A stretch of DNA of 64,000 bases, taken from assembly GCF_044758975.1 (NCBI RefSeq), contig NZ_CP172862.1; one strand, written 5' to 3'. The notes under the pieces are model-generated. The model was not told the DNA's origin. It made no database searches and saw only the letters and a list, made by a program, of their open reading frames with translations. The DNA is from Methylosinus sporium. Its GTDB lineage: Bacteria > Pseudomonadota > Alphaproteobacteria > Rhizobiales > Beijerinckiaceae. This document shows, one piece after another, positions 31,002 to 40,696 of this stretch (positions within the stretch are counted from its first letter, which is position 1; each line of letters opens with the position of its first letter). A program made the translations under genes and the position numbers.

Positions 31002-32999
31002 ATGTTTCCCCTCGATTATCCTCTGACGCCGTTCTGGCAGACGAGCCTTCTCGTCGCCGGAGCGGTCGGATCGCTGCTGCTTCTCGCGCTCGTCGGCGGC
31101 GCCGTTCGCTATATTCCGAATGATCGGCTCGGCGTTTTGGAGAAGCTGTGGAGTTTTCGCGGCTCGGTCGGCGAAGGCTTCATCGCGCTCAAAGGCGAGG
31201 CGGGCTTTCAGCCCGATGCGCTGCGCGGCGGCTTTCATTTCTTCGTCCCCTTCCAATATCGCGTGCATCGCGTGCCGCTGGTCTCCATTCCGCAGGGACA
31301 GATCGGCTATGTCTATGCGCGCGACGGCGCCGCGCTCGCGCCGGAGCAGACTCTCGCGTCCAATGAGAAGGCGTCCGATTTCGAGGATGTGCGCGGCTTT
31401 CTCGTGCAGGGCGGGCAGAAGGGGCCGCAGCGCAAGATTTTGCGCGAGGGCGTCTACGCCATCAATCTCGCGCAATTCGTCGTGCTGACGGCGGCGCGCA
31501 ATTACGCGGTGACGCTGGCGTCCAACGACGATGAGCTGTTCGCGCGCACGGCGGCGATCATCGGCGCGCGCCATGGCTTCGAGCCCATCGTCATCAAGGA
31601 CGAGCAGGACGTGCTCGGCGTCGTCACCGTGCATGACGGTCCGGCGCTGCGCGAGGGCGAGATCATCGCGCCTTCCGTCGGCGGCGAGGCTTCCGATCCG
31701 AGCTTTCACAATAATTTCCAAAATCCCGAAGCCTTCTTGCGCGCCGGCGGCTTTCGCGGGCGTCAGCATCAGGTGCTGGTCGACGGCAGCTATTACATCA
31801 ATCGCCTGTTCGCGACGGTGGAGCTCGTCCCGAAGACGATCGTCGACGTCGGCACGGTCGGCGTCGTCGTGTCCTATACGGGCGCGAGCGGCGTCGATAT
31901 TTCGGGCGACGATTATCGCCATGGCGAATTGGTCGCGCCCGGCTGTCGCGGCGTGTGGAGCAAGCCGCTGCTGCCCGGCAAATACGCCTTCAACACTTAT
32001 GCGGGAAAAATCATCGCGGTGCCGACGACGAATTTCGTCCTGAAATGGACGGCGGAATCGACCGGCCCGCATCGTCTCGATGAAAATCTCTCGGAGATCG
32101 CGCTCATCACCAAGGATGCCTTCGAGCCTTTGATGCCGCTCTCCGTCGTCGTCCATATCGACTATATGAAAGCGCCGCTGGTGGTGCAGCGCTTCGGCGA
32201 CGTCAAGCGGCTCGTCGAGCAGACGCTCGATCCCATGGTTTCGGCCTATTTCAAAAATATCGGCCAGACCAAGACTCTCATCCAATTGCTGCAGGAGCGC
32301 AGCGACATTCAGAGCCGCTCCAGCGAGGAGATGCGCGCCAAATTCGCGGCTTATAGCCTCGATCTGCAGGAGGTGCTGATCGGAACGCCGCGCGCCGACA
32401 AGGAGCGCGGATCATCGGCGATCGAGTCGATATTGGCGCAGCTGCGCGAGCGGCAGATCGCGGTCGAGAAGGTGGAGACCTATCGGCTGCAGGAGGCCGC
32501 CGCGGCGCAGGAGAGGAGCCTGCGCGAGAAGCAGGCGCTCGCCGAGCAGCAGGCCAATATCACGGCGTCGTCGCTCGCCATTCAATTGCGCGAGAACGAA
32601 GGCAAGGCGCGCCTCGCGCAGACGCGCCAGGAGGCGGAGACGATCCAGGTTACGGCGAAAGCCAACGCCGAGCGCGCCCGCGTCGAAGGACAGGGCGAGG
32701 CCGATCGCATTCGCGCCATCGGCTTCGCCGACGCCGAGAAGATCAAGGCCGTAGGCCTCGCGCAGGCGGAGGCGACGGAGAAGCAGGTCGCCGCCTATGG
32801 CGGGCCGGAGTATCAGCTCAACTCGACCGTGCTGCTGCGCTTCGCCGAGGCGATCGAGAATGGCAAGCTGCCGCTCGTTCCCGGCATTGTCGTCGGCGGC
32901 GGCGACGGCCGCGCCAATGGCGGCGGGCTCGTCGAGATGCTGCTCGCCATGCTGGTCGCCGAGAAGGGAGAGGCGCGAAAGGGGCTTCCCCCGGCGTAA
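31002..32999 (+). CDS. Flotillin-like SPFH/band-7 protein (YqiK family)
   Basis: N-terminal TM helix, SPFH core (IPQGQIGYVYARDG), long C-terminal coiled-coil with EA/flotillin-type repeats. Confidence 0.8.
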   Translation: MFPLDYPLTPFWQTSLLVAGAVGSLLLLALVGGAVRYIPNDRLGVLEKLWSFRGSVGEGFIALKGEAGFQPDALRGGFHFFVPFQYRVHRVPLVSIPQGQIGYVYARDGAALAPEQTLASNEKASDFEDVRGFLVQGGQKGPQRKILREGVYAINLAQFVVLTAARNYAVTLASNDDELFARTAAIIGARHGFEPIVIKDEQDVLGVVTVHDGPALREGEIIAPSVGGEASDPSFHNNFQNPEAFLRAGGFRGRQHQVLVDGSYYINRLFATVELVPKTIVDVGTVGVVVSYTGASGVDISGDDYRHGELVAPGCRGVWSKPLLPGKYAFNTYAGKIIAVPTTNFVLKWTAESTGPHRLDENLSEIALITKDAFEPLMPLSVVVHIDYMKAPLVVQRFGDVKRLVEQTLDPMVSAYFKNIGQTKTLIQLLQERSDIQSRSSEEMRAKFAAYSLDLQEVLIGTPRADKERGSSAIESILAQLRERQIAVEKVETYRLQEAAAAQERSLREKQALAEQQANITASSLAIQLRENEGKARLAQTRQEAETIQVTAKANAERARVEGQGEADRIRAIGFADAEKIKAVGLAQAEATEKQVAAYGGPEYQLNSTVLLRFAEAIENGKLPLVPGIVVGGGDGRANGGGLVEMLLAMLVAEKGEARKGLPPA

Positions 33000-33102
33000 C
33001 ATCCGGGTGCGCGCTCGCGTATAGGCTGCGGACGGGCGGCGGCCGTGGCGTCGCCGCCCGTCTTTCCGCGCTTTTGCGGGCTCTGAAACAGAGGATTTCG
33101 CT

Positions 33103-33486
33103 ATGACGCTTCGCTTCGCTTCCGCGCTTTTCTCCGCCGCGCTCCTCGCCACGCCGCTCTTCGCCGCCGAGAAGCACGCCTTCACGCCGCAAGGCTTCGA
33201 GGCGGCGCAGACCGCCGGCAAGCCTATACTCGTCGAGATTCACGCGCCTTGGTGCCCCACCTGCAAGGCGCAGCAGCCGATCCTCGAAAAGCTCGAGAAA
33301 GACGCCAAATTCGACGCTCTGCAGGTCTTCCATGTCGATTTCGACAGCCAGAAGGACGCGGTGCGCGATTTCCACGCGACGACGCAGAGCACGCTGATCG
33401 TCTTCAAAGGCAAGAGCGAGACCGGCCGCTCGGTCGGCGACACCGGCGCCGCCTCCATCGCCGCTCTGCTCGACAAGACGTTGTGA
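33103..33486 (+). CDS. Periplasmic thioredoxin-like protein
   Basis: Signal peptide MTLRFASALFSAALLATPLFAA and CxxC active site (WCPTC). Confidence 0.8.
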   Translation: MTLRFASALFSAALLATPLFAAEKHAFTPQGFEAAQTAGKPILVEIHAPWCPTCKAQQPILEKLEKDAKFDALQVFHVDFDSQKDAVRDFHATTQSTLIVFKGKSETGRSVGDTGAASIAALLDKTL

Positions 33487-34214
33487 TGACGCTCGATCTC
33501 GCGGGAGCGAGCCTCGCCTTTTTGGCGGGGCTCTTCTCCACCCTCTCGCCCTGCGTGCTGCCGCTGCTGCCGATCATTCTCGGCGCAGCGGGCTCCGAGC
33601 ACAAGCTCGGGCCGGCGGCGCTGGCGCTCGGCGTCGCCAGCTCCTTCGTCGCCATCGGCCTGTTGCTGGCGCTCCTCGGCTTCGGGGCCGGCATAGACGG
33701 CGACAGCCTGCGCTTCGGCGCGGCGCTGCTGATGGTGGCGCTGGGCGTGCTGCTGGCGGCGCCGGCGCTGCAAGTGAGGATCGCCGCCGCTGGCGGTCCG
33801 CTCGCCGATTGGATCGAGCGCCGCTTCTCCGGCTTCTCGACCCATGGGCTGCGCGGCCAATTGGCGCTCGGCCTGCTGCTCGGCGCGGTGTGGAGCCCCT
33901 GCGCCGGGCCGACTCTCGGCGCGGCCTCGCTGCTCGCCGCGCAGGGCCAGAATCTCGGCCAGGTCGGGCTGGTGATGGCGTTCTTCGGCCTCGGGGCGGG
34001 CCTGCCCTTGGTCGCGCTCGGCGCCGTCTCGCGGAGCGTTTCGATGCGGCTGCGGAATTCGCTGCTCGTCGGCGGCAAATGGGGCAAGGGCGCGCTCGGC
34101 GCGGCGCTCGCCTCCATCGGCCTCTTGATCGCCACCGGGCTCGACAAGCCGCTGGAGACGGCGCTGGTCTCCGCCTCGCCGGAATGGCTGACCGGCCTGA
34201 CGACGCGTTTTTGA
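33486..34214 (+). CDS. ccdA: Cytochrome c-type biogenesis/thiol-disulfide transporter CcdA (DsbD transmembrane-domain family)
   Basis: Two membrane-embedded Cys (LSPCVLPLLPI and VWSPCAGPTLG). ATG overlaps the thioredoxin stop (TGATG). Confidence 0.75.
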   Translation: MTLDLAGASLAFLAGLFSTLSPCVLPLLPIILGAAGSEHKLGPAALALGVASSFVAIGLLLALLGFGAGIDGDSLRFGAALLMVALGVLLAAPALQVRIAAAGGPLADWIERRFSGFSTHGLRGQLALGLLLGAVWSPCAGPTLGAASLLAAQGQNLGQVGLVMAFFGLGAGLPLVALGAVSRSVSMRLRNSLLVGGKWGKGALGAALASIGLLIATGLDKPLETALVSASPEWLTGLTTRF

Positions 34215-34291
34215 TCGTCGCGGCGCTCGCGCGCTCGGCGGTTTCGGATATAGCATGAGCGAGACCTTGCTCGCTGCGATATTCGAGGCCT

Positions 34292-36547
34292 TTGGTGAGT
34301 TGGAGCGCGAAAGCCGTCGCCGGCGCGGCCGATCGGGCGCGGGGCGTCATCCGCCCCGCTTCGTCGGCCGCTTTCGCGTCGCTCGCCGCCGGCGCCCGCG
34401 CCGCGCTGGAAGAAGAGATCGCGCTGCGGCGGCCGTTTCTGTGGCTGCCCGTCGCGTCCGGCGCCGGCGTCCTTCTCTATTTCGCGGCCGATCGCGAGCC
34501 CTCGTTCGCCGCCTCGGCGGCGGGCGTCGTCATTCTGGCGGCGCTCGCCGTCCTTCTGCGCGCGCATAGGGCGGGCGCTCTGCTTCTCATGCTCGCCTGC
34601 CTCTCGGGCGGCTTCTTCGCCGCCGTCTGGCGCGCCGCGCGCGTCGATGCGCCGATCGTCTCACGCGCCGGCGTCGGCTTTCTCACCGGCTTCGTCGAGG
34701 AGCTGGACCCGCGCCCCAATGGCGCGCGCTTCATTCTGCGCATCGCCAGCGCGGAAGGACTGCCCAATGACGTCGCGCCCTTTCGCGTTCGGCTGACGAC
34801 GCGGGGCGAGGCGAAATTTTCGGCCGGCGATTTCATCGCGCTGAAGGCGCGCGTGCTGCCGCCGGCCCACGCCGCTCTGCCGGGCGGCTATGATTTCTCG
34901 CGCGACGCATATTTCGCCGGCCTCGGCGGCGTCGGCAATGCGCTCGGCCGCATCGACGTCTTGCCGCCGCCCGATCCTGCGCCAATGTCGCTGCGCTTCT
35001 TCGCCGCCGTCGATCGGCTGCGCAATGCGCTGGCGGCGCGGGTCTATCGCGCGCTCGGCGGCGACACCGGCGCCATCGCCGCCGCAATGGTGACGGGCAA
35101 GCGCGATTTTCTGGGCGAGGAGGCAAAAGAGCTGATCCGCCGCGCCGGCATATTCCACATCATCACGATATCCGGCGTGCAGATGACGCTCGTCGCCGGC
35201 ATTTTCTTCGTCGGGCTGCGACGGCTGCTGGCGCTCTCGCGCACGCTGGCGTTGAATTATCCGATCAAGAAATGGGCGGCCGGCGTCGCCATCATCGGCG
35301 CCGTTCTCTACGATATCGGCACGGGCTCGCGCGTCGGCACGGAGCGCGCGCTCATCATGACGACGATCATGCTGATCGCCGTGCTCTTCGATCGTCCGTC
35401 TCTGTCCATGCGCAATCTGGCGCTGGCGGTTTTCTTCATCGTCGCCTTCCAGCCGGAGGCGCTGCTCGGGGCCAGCTTTCAGCTCTCCTTCGCCGCGGTG
35501 GCGGCGCTGGTCGCCGTCTATGAGGCGCGCGGCGCGCTCATCGAGCGTCGGCGCGAGCCGCCCGCCTTCGGCCGAACGCCGACGCGCTTCATGCGCTGGC
35601 GCGAGAATATGGGCGAGCTATTGCTGCGCGGGCCGGCGGCGCCGATCTTCGCGACTCTCTGCGCCACATCGGCGACGGCCTCCTTCATGGCGGACGATTT
35701 TCACGAATTGAGCCCCTATGTGCTGATCGGCAATCCGCTGACGCTCGCCATCATCGAATTCTTCGCCGTGCCGGGGGCGCTGCTCGGCGCCTTTCTCTAT
35801 CCTCTCGGCCTCGACGGTCCGGTCTGGCGCTATGTCGGCTTCGGCATCGATCTCGTCACCGCCATTGCGCGGCTCATCGGCGCCGCGCCCGGCGCCAGCC
35901 TGCCGGTGAAGAGCTTCGCGCCTTTCGCGATTATTTTCCTGTCGCTCGCGGTTCTCTCGCTCGTGCTGTGGCGGACATGGCTGTTCCGGGCGACGGCCAT
36001 TCCCTTCGCCATGCTCGGCCTCTTCGGCGCCGCCAGCGGAGAGGGCTTCGATCTCGCCGTCGCGCCCGGCGGCGACGCCGCGGCGCTGCGCCTGCCCTCG
36101 GGCGAGCTGGCGCTGCTCGGCCGCGGAAAGCTCTCCTTCGTCGGCGAGCAATGGCTGCGCGCCGACGCCGACGCCAGAGCACCGGCCGACGCCCGCGGCG
36201 GCGTCTCCTGCGACGATCTCGGCTGCGTGGCCAAGGCGATCGACGGCCGCGCCGTCGCGCTGGCGACGGACCGCAAGGCGCTGATCGAGGATTGCGCCCG
36301 CGCGGCGATCGTCATCGCGCCCTTCTATGCGCCGGAGGGCTGTGGCGCGCCGATCCTGCTCGATCGCCGCAAGCTCGCCGAGACAGGCGCGGCGACGCTG
36401 CGCTTTGTCGGCGAGCGAGTGGAATGGCGAACCGCCCGCGCCCCGGGCGAGGACCGCCCCTGGTCGCGCGCGCCGAGGCGGAGGGCGGCGAGCGCGTCGC
36501 CTTCCGGCGCGGAGCCGCCCCTCGAGGAGGAGGAGCGGCTGAACTAA
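34292..36547 (+). CDS. comEC: ComEC/Rec2 family DNA-uptake channel protein
   Basis: Multi-pass membrane protein with a competence-domain core (IFHIITISGVQMTLVAGIFF resembles the ISGLH region). No C-terminal metallo-beta-lactamase fold recognisable. TTG/GTG start. Confidence 0.7.
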   Translation: MVSWSAKAVAGAADRARGVIRPASSAAFASLAAGARAALEEEIALRRPFLWLPVASGAGVLLYFAADREPSFAASAAGVVILAALAVLLRAHRAGALLLMLACLSGGFFAAVWRAARVDAPIVSRAGVGFLTGFVEELDPRPNGARFILRIASAEGLPNDVAPFRVRLTTRGEAKFSAGDFIALKARVLPPAHAALPGGYDFSRDAYFAGLGGVGNALGRIDVLPPPDPAPMSLRFFAAVDRLRNALAARVYRALGGDTGAIAAAMVTGKRDFLGEEAKELIRRAGIFHIITISGVQMTLVAGIFFVGLRRLLALSRTLALNYPIKKWAAGVAIIGAVLYDIGTGSRVGTERALIMTTIMLIAVLFDRPSLSMRNLALAVFFIVAFQPEALLGASFQLSFAAVAALVAVYEARGALIERRREPPAFGRTPTRFMRWRENMGELLLRGPAAPIFATLCATSATASFMADDFHELSPYVLIGNPLTLAIIEFFAVPGALLGAFLYPLGLDGPVWRYVGFGIDLVTAIARLIGAAPGASLPVKSFAPFAIIFLSLAVLSLVLWRTWLFRATAIPFAMLGLFGAASGEGFDLAVAPGGDAAALRLPSGELALLGRGKLSFVGEQWLRADADARAPADARGGVSCDDLGCVAKAIDGRAVALATDRKALIEDCARAAIVIAPFYAPEGCGAPILLDRRKLAETGAATLRFVGERVEWRTARAPGEDRPWSRAPRRRAASASPSGAEPPLEEEERLN

Positions 36548-36548
36548 A

Positions 36549-37427
36549 TCAGACGCTCTCCAGCGTCTTGGCGCATTCGGCGATGAAGGGCACGGACTTC
36601 CAGGCGTCGTCCATTCTGCCGAGAGATTCGAAGATGATGTCGATCACGCCGGACAAGGACATTTCGCGGGGCGCGTATTGGGGCTGCTTGAGCCAAGTGA
36701 AGCCGCCCTCGAAGCCGAAACGACGCGCGATCTCGGGATAGACGGGCCATACTTCCGAGATAGCGAGCCTATCGGGCTGTGTCCGGCGCAGCGACTCGGA
36801 GCGAGCGAAGGCCTCTTCGTCGAGAAAGCGCCCCTTCAGCGCGTTCCGAGCAATGTCGACCAGAACGAAGCTGCGAGGGTGGTGGCAGATATAGAAGAAA
36901 TCGCGCTGCGTTTCCCAATAATCGAACGCATCTTGCAGCCCAATTCCATATTTGCCGAATTCGGCGACGAGGCGGCTTCTGTCGGTCTTATACAGGTCGA
37001 AATAGCCGAGCTTCTCATAGACGTCTTCACGGAAGAGCGCCTGCGTCTCCTCCGCCGTCTTGCCGATCGCCCGTGCGCCCAGCGCGATCAGAGAGGTCTG
37101 CGTGTGCGGCGCGCCCTCGCTGAATGGTCCCCAGAAGCCGTCCAGCATGGCGACGTCTGGATGCAGGCCGCGGAAATACAGCTCTGGAATGATCACGCGT
37201 TCGGCGTCGGGATTGAGCGCGCTCGCCAAGCGGAGCCCGTCGAGCGGCCAGCCGATATAGAGATCGCACTCTTTGAGATATTTCTCGAACTCGGGCTTCT
37301 CGCCGGTCTCGAGCCATCGCTCCGCCTCGTTGAATCCGGCGCCCTTGATCGTCCAATCGGGGAACAGCGTCTGGACCACCTCGTAATAGGTGGAGGTCAC
37401 GCAATTCGAAACAATGATGACCTTCAT
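36549..37427 (-). CDS. Conserved hypothetical protein (292 aa), possibly WcbI-like; function unknown
   Basis: Soluble, with an MKVIIVSNCVTSTYYEVVQTLFPDW N-terminus. Immediately downstream of, and 1 bp from, the GSCFA gene on the same strand. GC slightly lower than neighbours. Confidence 0.5.
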   Translation of the reverse strand: MKVIIVSNCVTSTYYEVVQTLFPDWTIKGAGFNEAERWLETGEKPEFEKYLKECDLYIGWPLDGLRLASALNPDAERVIIPELYFRGLHPDVAMLDGFWGPFSEGAPHTQTSLIALGARAIGKTAEETQALFREDVYEKLGYFDLYKTDRSRLVAEFGKYGIGLQDAFDYWETQRDFFYICHHPRSFVLVDIARNALKGRFLDEEAFARSESLRRTQPDRLAISEVWPVYPEIARRFGFEGGFTWLKQPQYAPREMSLSGVIDIIFESLGRMDDAWKSVPFIAECAKTLESV

Positions 37428-37428
37428 C

Positions 37429-38475
37429 TCAAAACCCTATGTTCGTGCCGTATTTCTCTTCGTCGCAGATGATGCGGCCCGCATAGGACTGGTCCAGCAC
37501 GCCGCTCGCGGCGGCCGGCTTCGCCGGCGGGGCGACAGGTTCCGACGTCTGGCCGAAATAGGCGGCCTTGAAGACGCGCATGACATGGGAGACGCCGATT
37601 TCGGGCACGGTGCGCTTATTGCTGTCGTAATATTTTCCATTGTTGAAATGGCTGGAGATAATCTCGTAGGACGGGAAATAGTAGACGTTCTCGACAGAGC
37701 TCTCGACGCTGCCGCAGACGGCGCGCAGCACCGACTTGCTGTAGACGGTCGCCGACAGCACATGCTCATCGGTGTAGGTCGCCGTGAGCGGCACCGGCGA
37801 GACGGTCAGAATGACGCGCGCGCCCGGATTGATCTTGCGCAGCCCGGCCAGGAACTCCTCGAGATCGGCCTTCACCTCCTCATAGGAATAGCGATGGAAG
37901 AGGGCGGCGGAGGCCTGCGGATCATCCGTCGTGACGCCGGGGTGAATGGGCAGAACGAACTGGCCGTCCGGCGTCGTCCAGCCCTCGATGAGCCCGAGCG
38001 TGAAGACGAACACGGTGCAATCGGCAAACACGCGGCGCACCGCCTCGAGATGCGCGCGCCGGGCGGCGGCGACGTCCTCGACGCTCGTGAAGCCTTCCGT
38101 ATAGGTGGTCGGACGAAAAGCGTCGACCAGGCGTCCGTCGGGACGCGGCAGCGCCAGCGGCGGCAGGCTCAGCTGGCCGGTGGCCTCGAGCAGAAGCTGG
38201 CGAAGCTGGGCGACCGTATAGATATTGCCATAGCGCGCCGAGAACACCGGCTGATCGGCGGGGCTCGCCTCGGTCTGCAGGAAGCGGACGCCCGGCATCG
38301 CTTCTATGTAGCGGGACACGTGCTGCGCGAAGCAGCTGCCCGCGGTCGCTATGCGGTCTTCTTCGCCGATGAGGAATTTCTTGTGCGGGATCGGGCTGAC
38401 ATCCTCGGGAGCGAGGTCGGCGACAGCCGTGCGCCAGAATTGGGAAGGCCCCTTCGTCGCATATGGATTGCCCAT
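37429..38475 (-). CDS. GSCFA-family protein (uncharacterised, SGNH-hydrolase-like)
   Basis: Contains the family-defining G-S-C-F-A motif (IATAGSCFAQHV) near the N-terminus. 348 aa. Confidence 0.65.
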   Translation of the reverse strand: MGNPYATKGPSQFWRTAVADLAPEDVSPIPHKKFLIGEEDRIATAGSCFAQHVSRYIEAMPGVRFLQTEASPADQPVFSARYGNIYTVAQLRQLLLEATGQLSLPPLALPRPDGRLVDAFRPTTYTEGFTSVEDVAAARRAHLEAVRRVFADCTVFVFTLGLIEGWTTPDGQFVLPIHPGVTTDDPQASAALFHRYSYEEVKADLEEFLAGLRKINPGARVILTVSPVPLTATYTDEHVLSATVYSKSVLRAVCGSVESSVENVYYFPSYEIISSHFNNGKYYDSNKRTVPEIGVSHVMRVFKAAYFGQTSEPVAPPAKPAAASGVLDQSYAGRIICDEEKYGTNIGF

Positions 38476-38683
38476 CGGATCACCTCATGAAAGTCGTGGC
38501 GCCCCGGTCGTCCTTCGGCGCCGCGAATAGCCGACGTTCGAAAGAGATGAAGGCGAGGGCCGCCGTTGCGCATCGTCCCGACTTGTGCGGTGCAATGGGC
38601 ATATCGACGCCGGAGGACGATGGCAAGCCCGCAATCGGGCTCGCCTTTTCATCCCGATCGTCGCTGGTCGGCCGGGGGAGGGA

Positions 38684-39592
38684 TCAGTCGTGCGGCTCGC
38701 GTCCGCCGGAGGACTGGCTGCGGCGCTCGCTCACCGGCCGCGCGGCGCGGCGCTCGACGCTCGGCCGGCCATGCTTGCTGGCGCGCTCCATCGCCGCGAG
38801 GCGGCGGCGGATGGGCTCATCGAGATCGGGAGAACGGGCGAGGGGACGGAAGTCGTTCTTCGAATAGGGATAGCGGCTGGCGCCGTGGAAGATTTCGACG
38901 CCGTGTGTCGTCATCACGGCGTCGCCTCGCCGTAGCGTCGGGTCGAGATAGATCGCCTCGATCGAGCTCTCATTGGTCTGGCCGGCGTGGCAGGAGCATT
39001 CCTTGTCCTTCTCGCCCTCGTTCTTGCGCTGCAGGGAGGCCATCAGCCGCGCATAGGTCGCGCCGCCGCGCGCCGCCACGGCGTCCTCCATCTTGTCGGA
39101 GCCGCCGCGCATCACATAGAGCGTCGTGCGCGCGCCGGGGCAGAGGCGCCCGCAGGCGCGCTGGTGGCTCGCCGTGTCATTGGCGCTCGAATAGAGGCCG
39201 ACGGGGAAGAAATAGCCGTCGCATTCGCGCACGCAGTAGGAGCGTCCGCCGGCCGCAGTCTCCGTATAGACGGAGCGCTCCGGCTCGCCGCCGCCGCCGC
39301 GGGAGGCTCTGCGCGTGGGCTCGCCCCGGCGCTCGCGCGGGACATAGACGCGACGCTCCTGCTGGGCGGCGCCATGGCGCCGGGCGTGGCCGTGGCGGCG
39401 ATAGCTCGGATAGGCGCCGGCGCCATAGTCCGAGTAGCCGCCGCCTCCGCCGCCGAACAATTGCTGGAAGAAATCCTGGGCGAATGCGGAAGAAGGCTCT
39501 AGCGCCGCTATGAGAAAGGCGAGGATCAGGCCGCCGACAGCGGCGAGGCGACGTCGGGAGCACTCCCGCTCGCCGCTTTTACGCGAAGACAT
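38684..39592 (-). CDS. Secreted DUF2865-like protein (Gly- and Cys-rich, Rhizobiales-type)
   Basis: Signal peptide LAAVGGLILAFLIAALEPSSAFAQ, then a Gly-rich stretch and YCVRECDGYFFPV...CGRLCPGARTTLYV...CSCH Cys pattern. Confidence 0.55.
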   Translation of the reverse strand: MSSRKSGERECSRRRLAAVGGLILAFLIAALEPSSAFAQDFFQQLFGGGGGGYSDYGAGAYPSYRRHGHARRHGAAQQERRVYVPRERRGEPTRRASRGGGGEPERSVYTETAAGGRSYCVRECDGYFFPVGLYSSANDTASHQRACGRLCPGARTTLYVMRGGSDKMEDAVAARGGATYARLMASLQRKNEGEKDKECSCHAGQTNESSIEAIYLDPTLRRGDAVMTTHGVEIFHGASRYPYSKNDFRPLARSPDLDEPIRRRLAAMERASKHGRPSVERRAARPVSERRSQSSGGREPHD

Positions 39593-39685
39593 GACGCGGC
39601 ACCTGTTTTGACGCAACTCCCCCTTAGATGGAGCGTGATCGCAAGAGACAAGCCGTCCGGTCCTCGGTATCTCGCCGTCTGCGTC

Positions 39686-40096
39686 TCAGGCGTCCTGCGC
39701 GGCGCGGCGCGACGCCGTGAGCAGAGCGGCGATCAGCGCCTCGGTGCGGAAGGGCTTTTCGACGATCGGGCGCGCGGCGTGGGCCGAAGGCAGGGCCGAA
39801 CGCCCATAGCCGGTCGCGAAGACGAAAGGGACGCCCATGGCCGCGAGGCGATCGGCGACCGGCTCCACGCTCTCGGCGCCGATGCGAAGATCGAGCAGGG
39901 CGACGTCGAATTGCGCCTCGGCGATGTCCCGCAACGCGACGGCGACGGTCTGGGCCGAGGCCACGACTCGGAATCCTTGCTCGACGAGCGTCTCCTCGAG
40001 CGCGAGCGCGATCAGCGGCTCGTCCTCGACGATGAGCACGCGCCGACCGAGCGCCGCCTCAGCGCTCCAATGTTCTGTCCCCATCTCGGCCCCCAC
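39686..40096 (-). CDS. Stand-alone response-regulator receiver domain (CheY-like)
   Basis: VLIVEDEPLIALALEETL...DVALLDLRIG...PFVFATGY receiver signature. No output domain. Confidence 0.75.
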   Translation of the reverse strand: MGAEMGTEHWSAEAALGRRVLIVEDEPLIALALEETLVEQGFRVVASAQTVAVALRDIAEAQFDVALLDLRIGAESVEPVADRLAAMGVPFVFATGYGRSALPSAHAARPIVEKPFRTEALIAALLTASRRAAQDA

Positions 40097-40153
40097 GCTC
40101 GCGAGGGTGGGGTCGATTCCGGGCCTCTGTCCAGAGCGGGAAAGCGCGGGCCG

Positions 40154-40528
40154 CTATCGCGCCCGCAGCGCGGCGAGCGCCCAGATCGCCAGCGCCAGCC
40201 AGCTTCCGATCGTCAGCGAGCCGCCGATGGGCGCGGCGTAAGGAAACAGCCGATCGCCCGTGAAGCTGCGGGCGGCGAGGTCGCCGGAAAACAGCGCGAC
40301 GCCGGCGATGAGGGCGAAGCTCGCGCCGCCGAGCCAGCGCGCGAGCGGGGGCTTTGTCGCCAGCAGCGCGCCGAGGCCGAGCGCCGCCGCCGCATGGATC
40401 ATCAGGAAGCGACTCGCCGTCTCGAGATTGGCGGCGTTGGAAATATGCGCGCTCGCGGCTGCGAGCGCGACGCCCGCGGCGCCCGAGAGCGCAGCGAGAA
40501 AGACGATGAGAAGGCTCGGGCGCTGCAT
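40154..40528 (-). CDS. Small four-helix membrane protein, DUF423 (YgdD/TMEM256)-like
   Basis: 124 aa, four hydrophobic segments, AHIS motif typical of DUF423. Confidence 0.5.
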   Translation of the reverse strand: MQRPSLLIVFLAALSGAAGVALAAASAHISNAANLETASRFLMIHAAAALGLGALLATKPPLARWLGGASFALIAGVALFSGDLAARSFTGDRLFPYAAPIGGSLTIGSWLALAIWALAALRAR

Positions 40529-40696
40529 TAGATACTCGTTATAAATATAAGCAGAACAACAATAATCCTGCTCATGTTGATGTTCTGGATGAGGTCTTTG
40601 GCCGCAGGGCTCGCGCTTCGCGGCGAAGGCCAGGATTGGCTTTGGAGAGCGAGCCTGAAGGCTCGCGGTCCAGGAAGCGTTTCGGGCCTTGAGTCT

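Noticed and set aside
34255-34569. 104-aa ORF preceding or overlapping the comEC start
   Set aside because: Arg-rich low-complexity translation. It is in a different frame from the ComEC N-terminus, which reads sensibly from the TTG/GTG at 34292.
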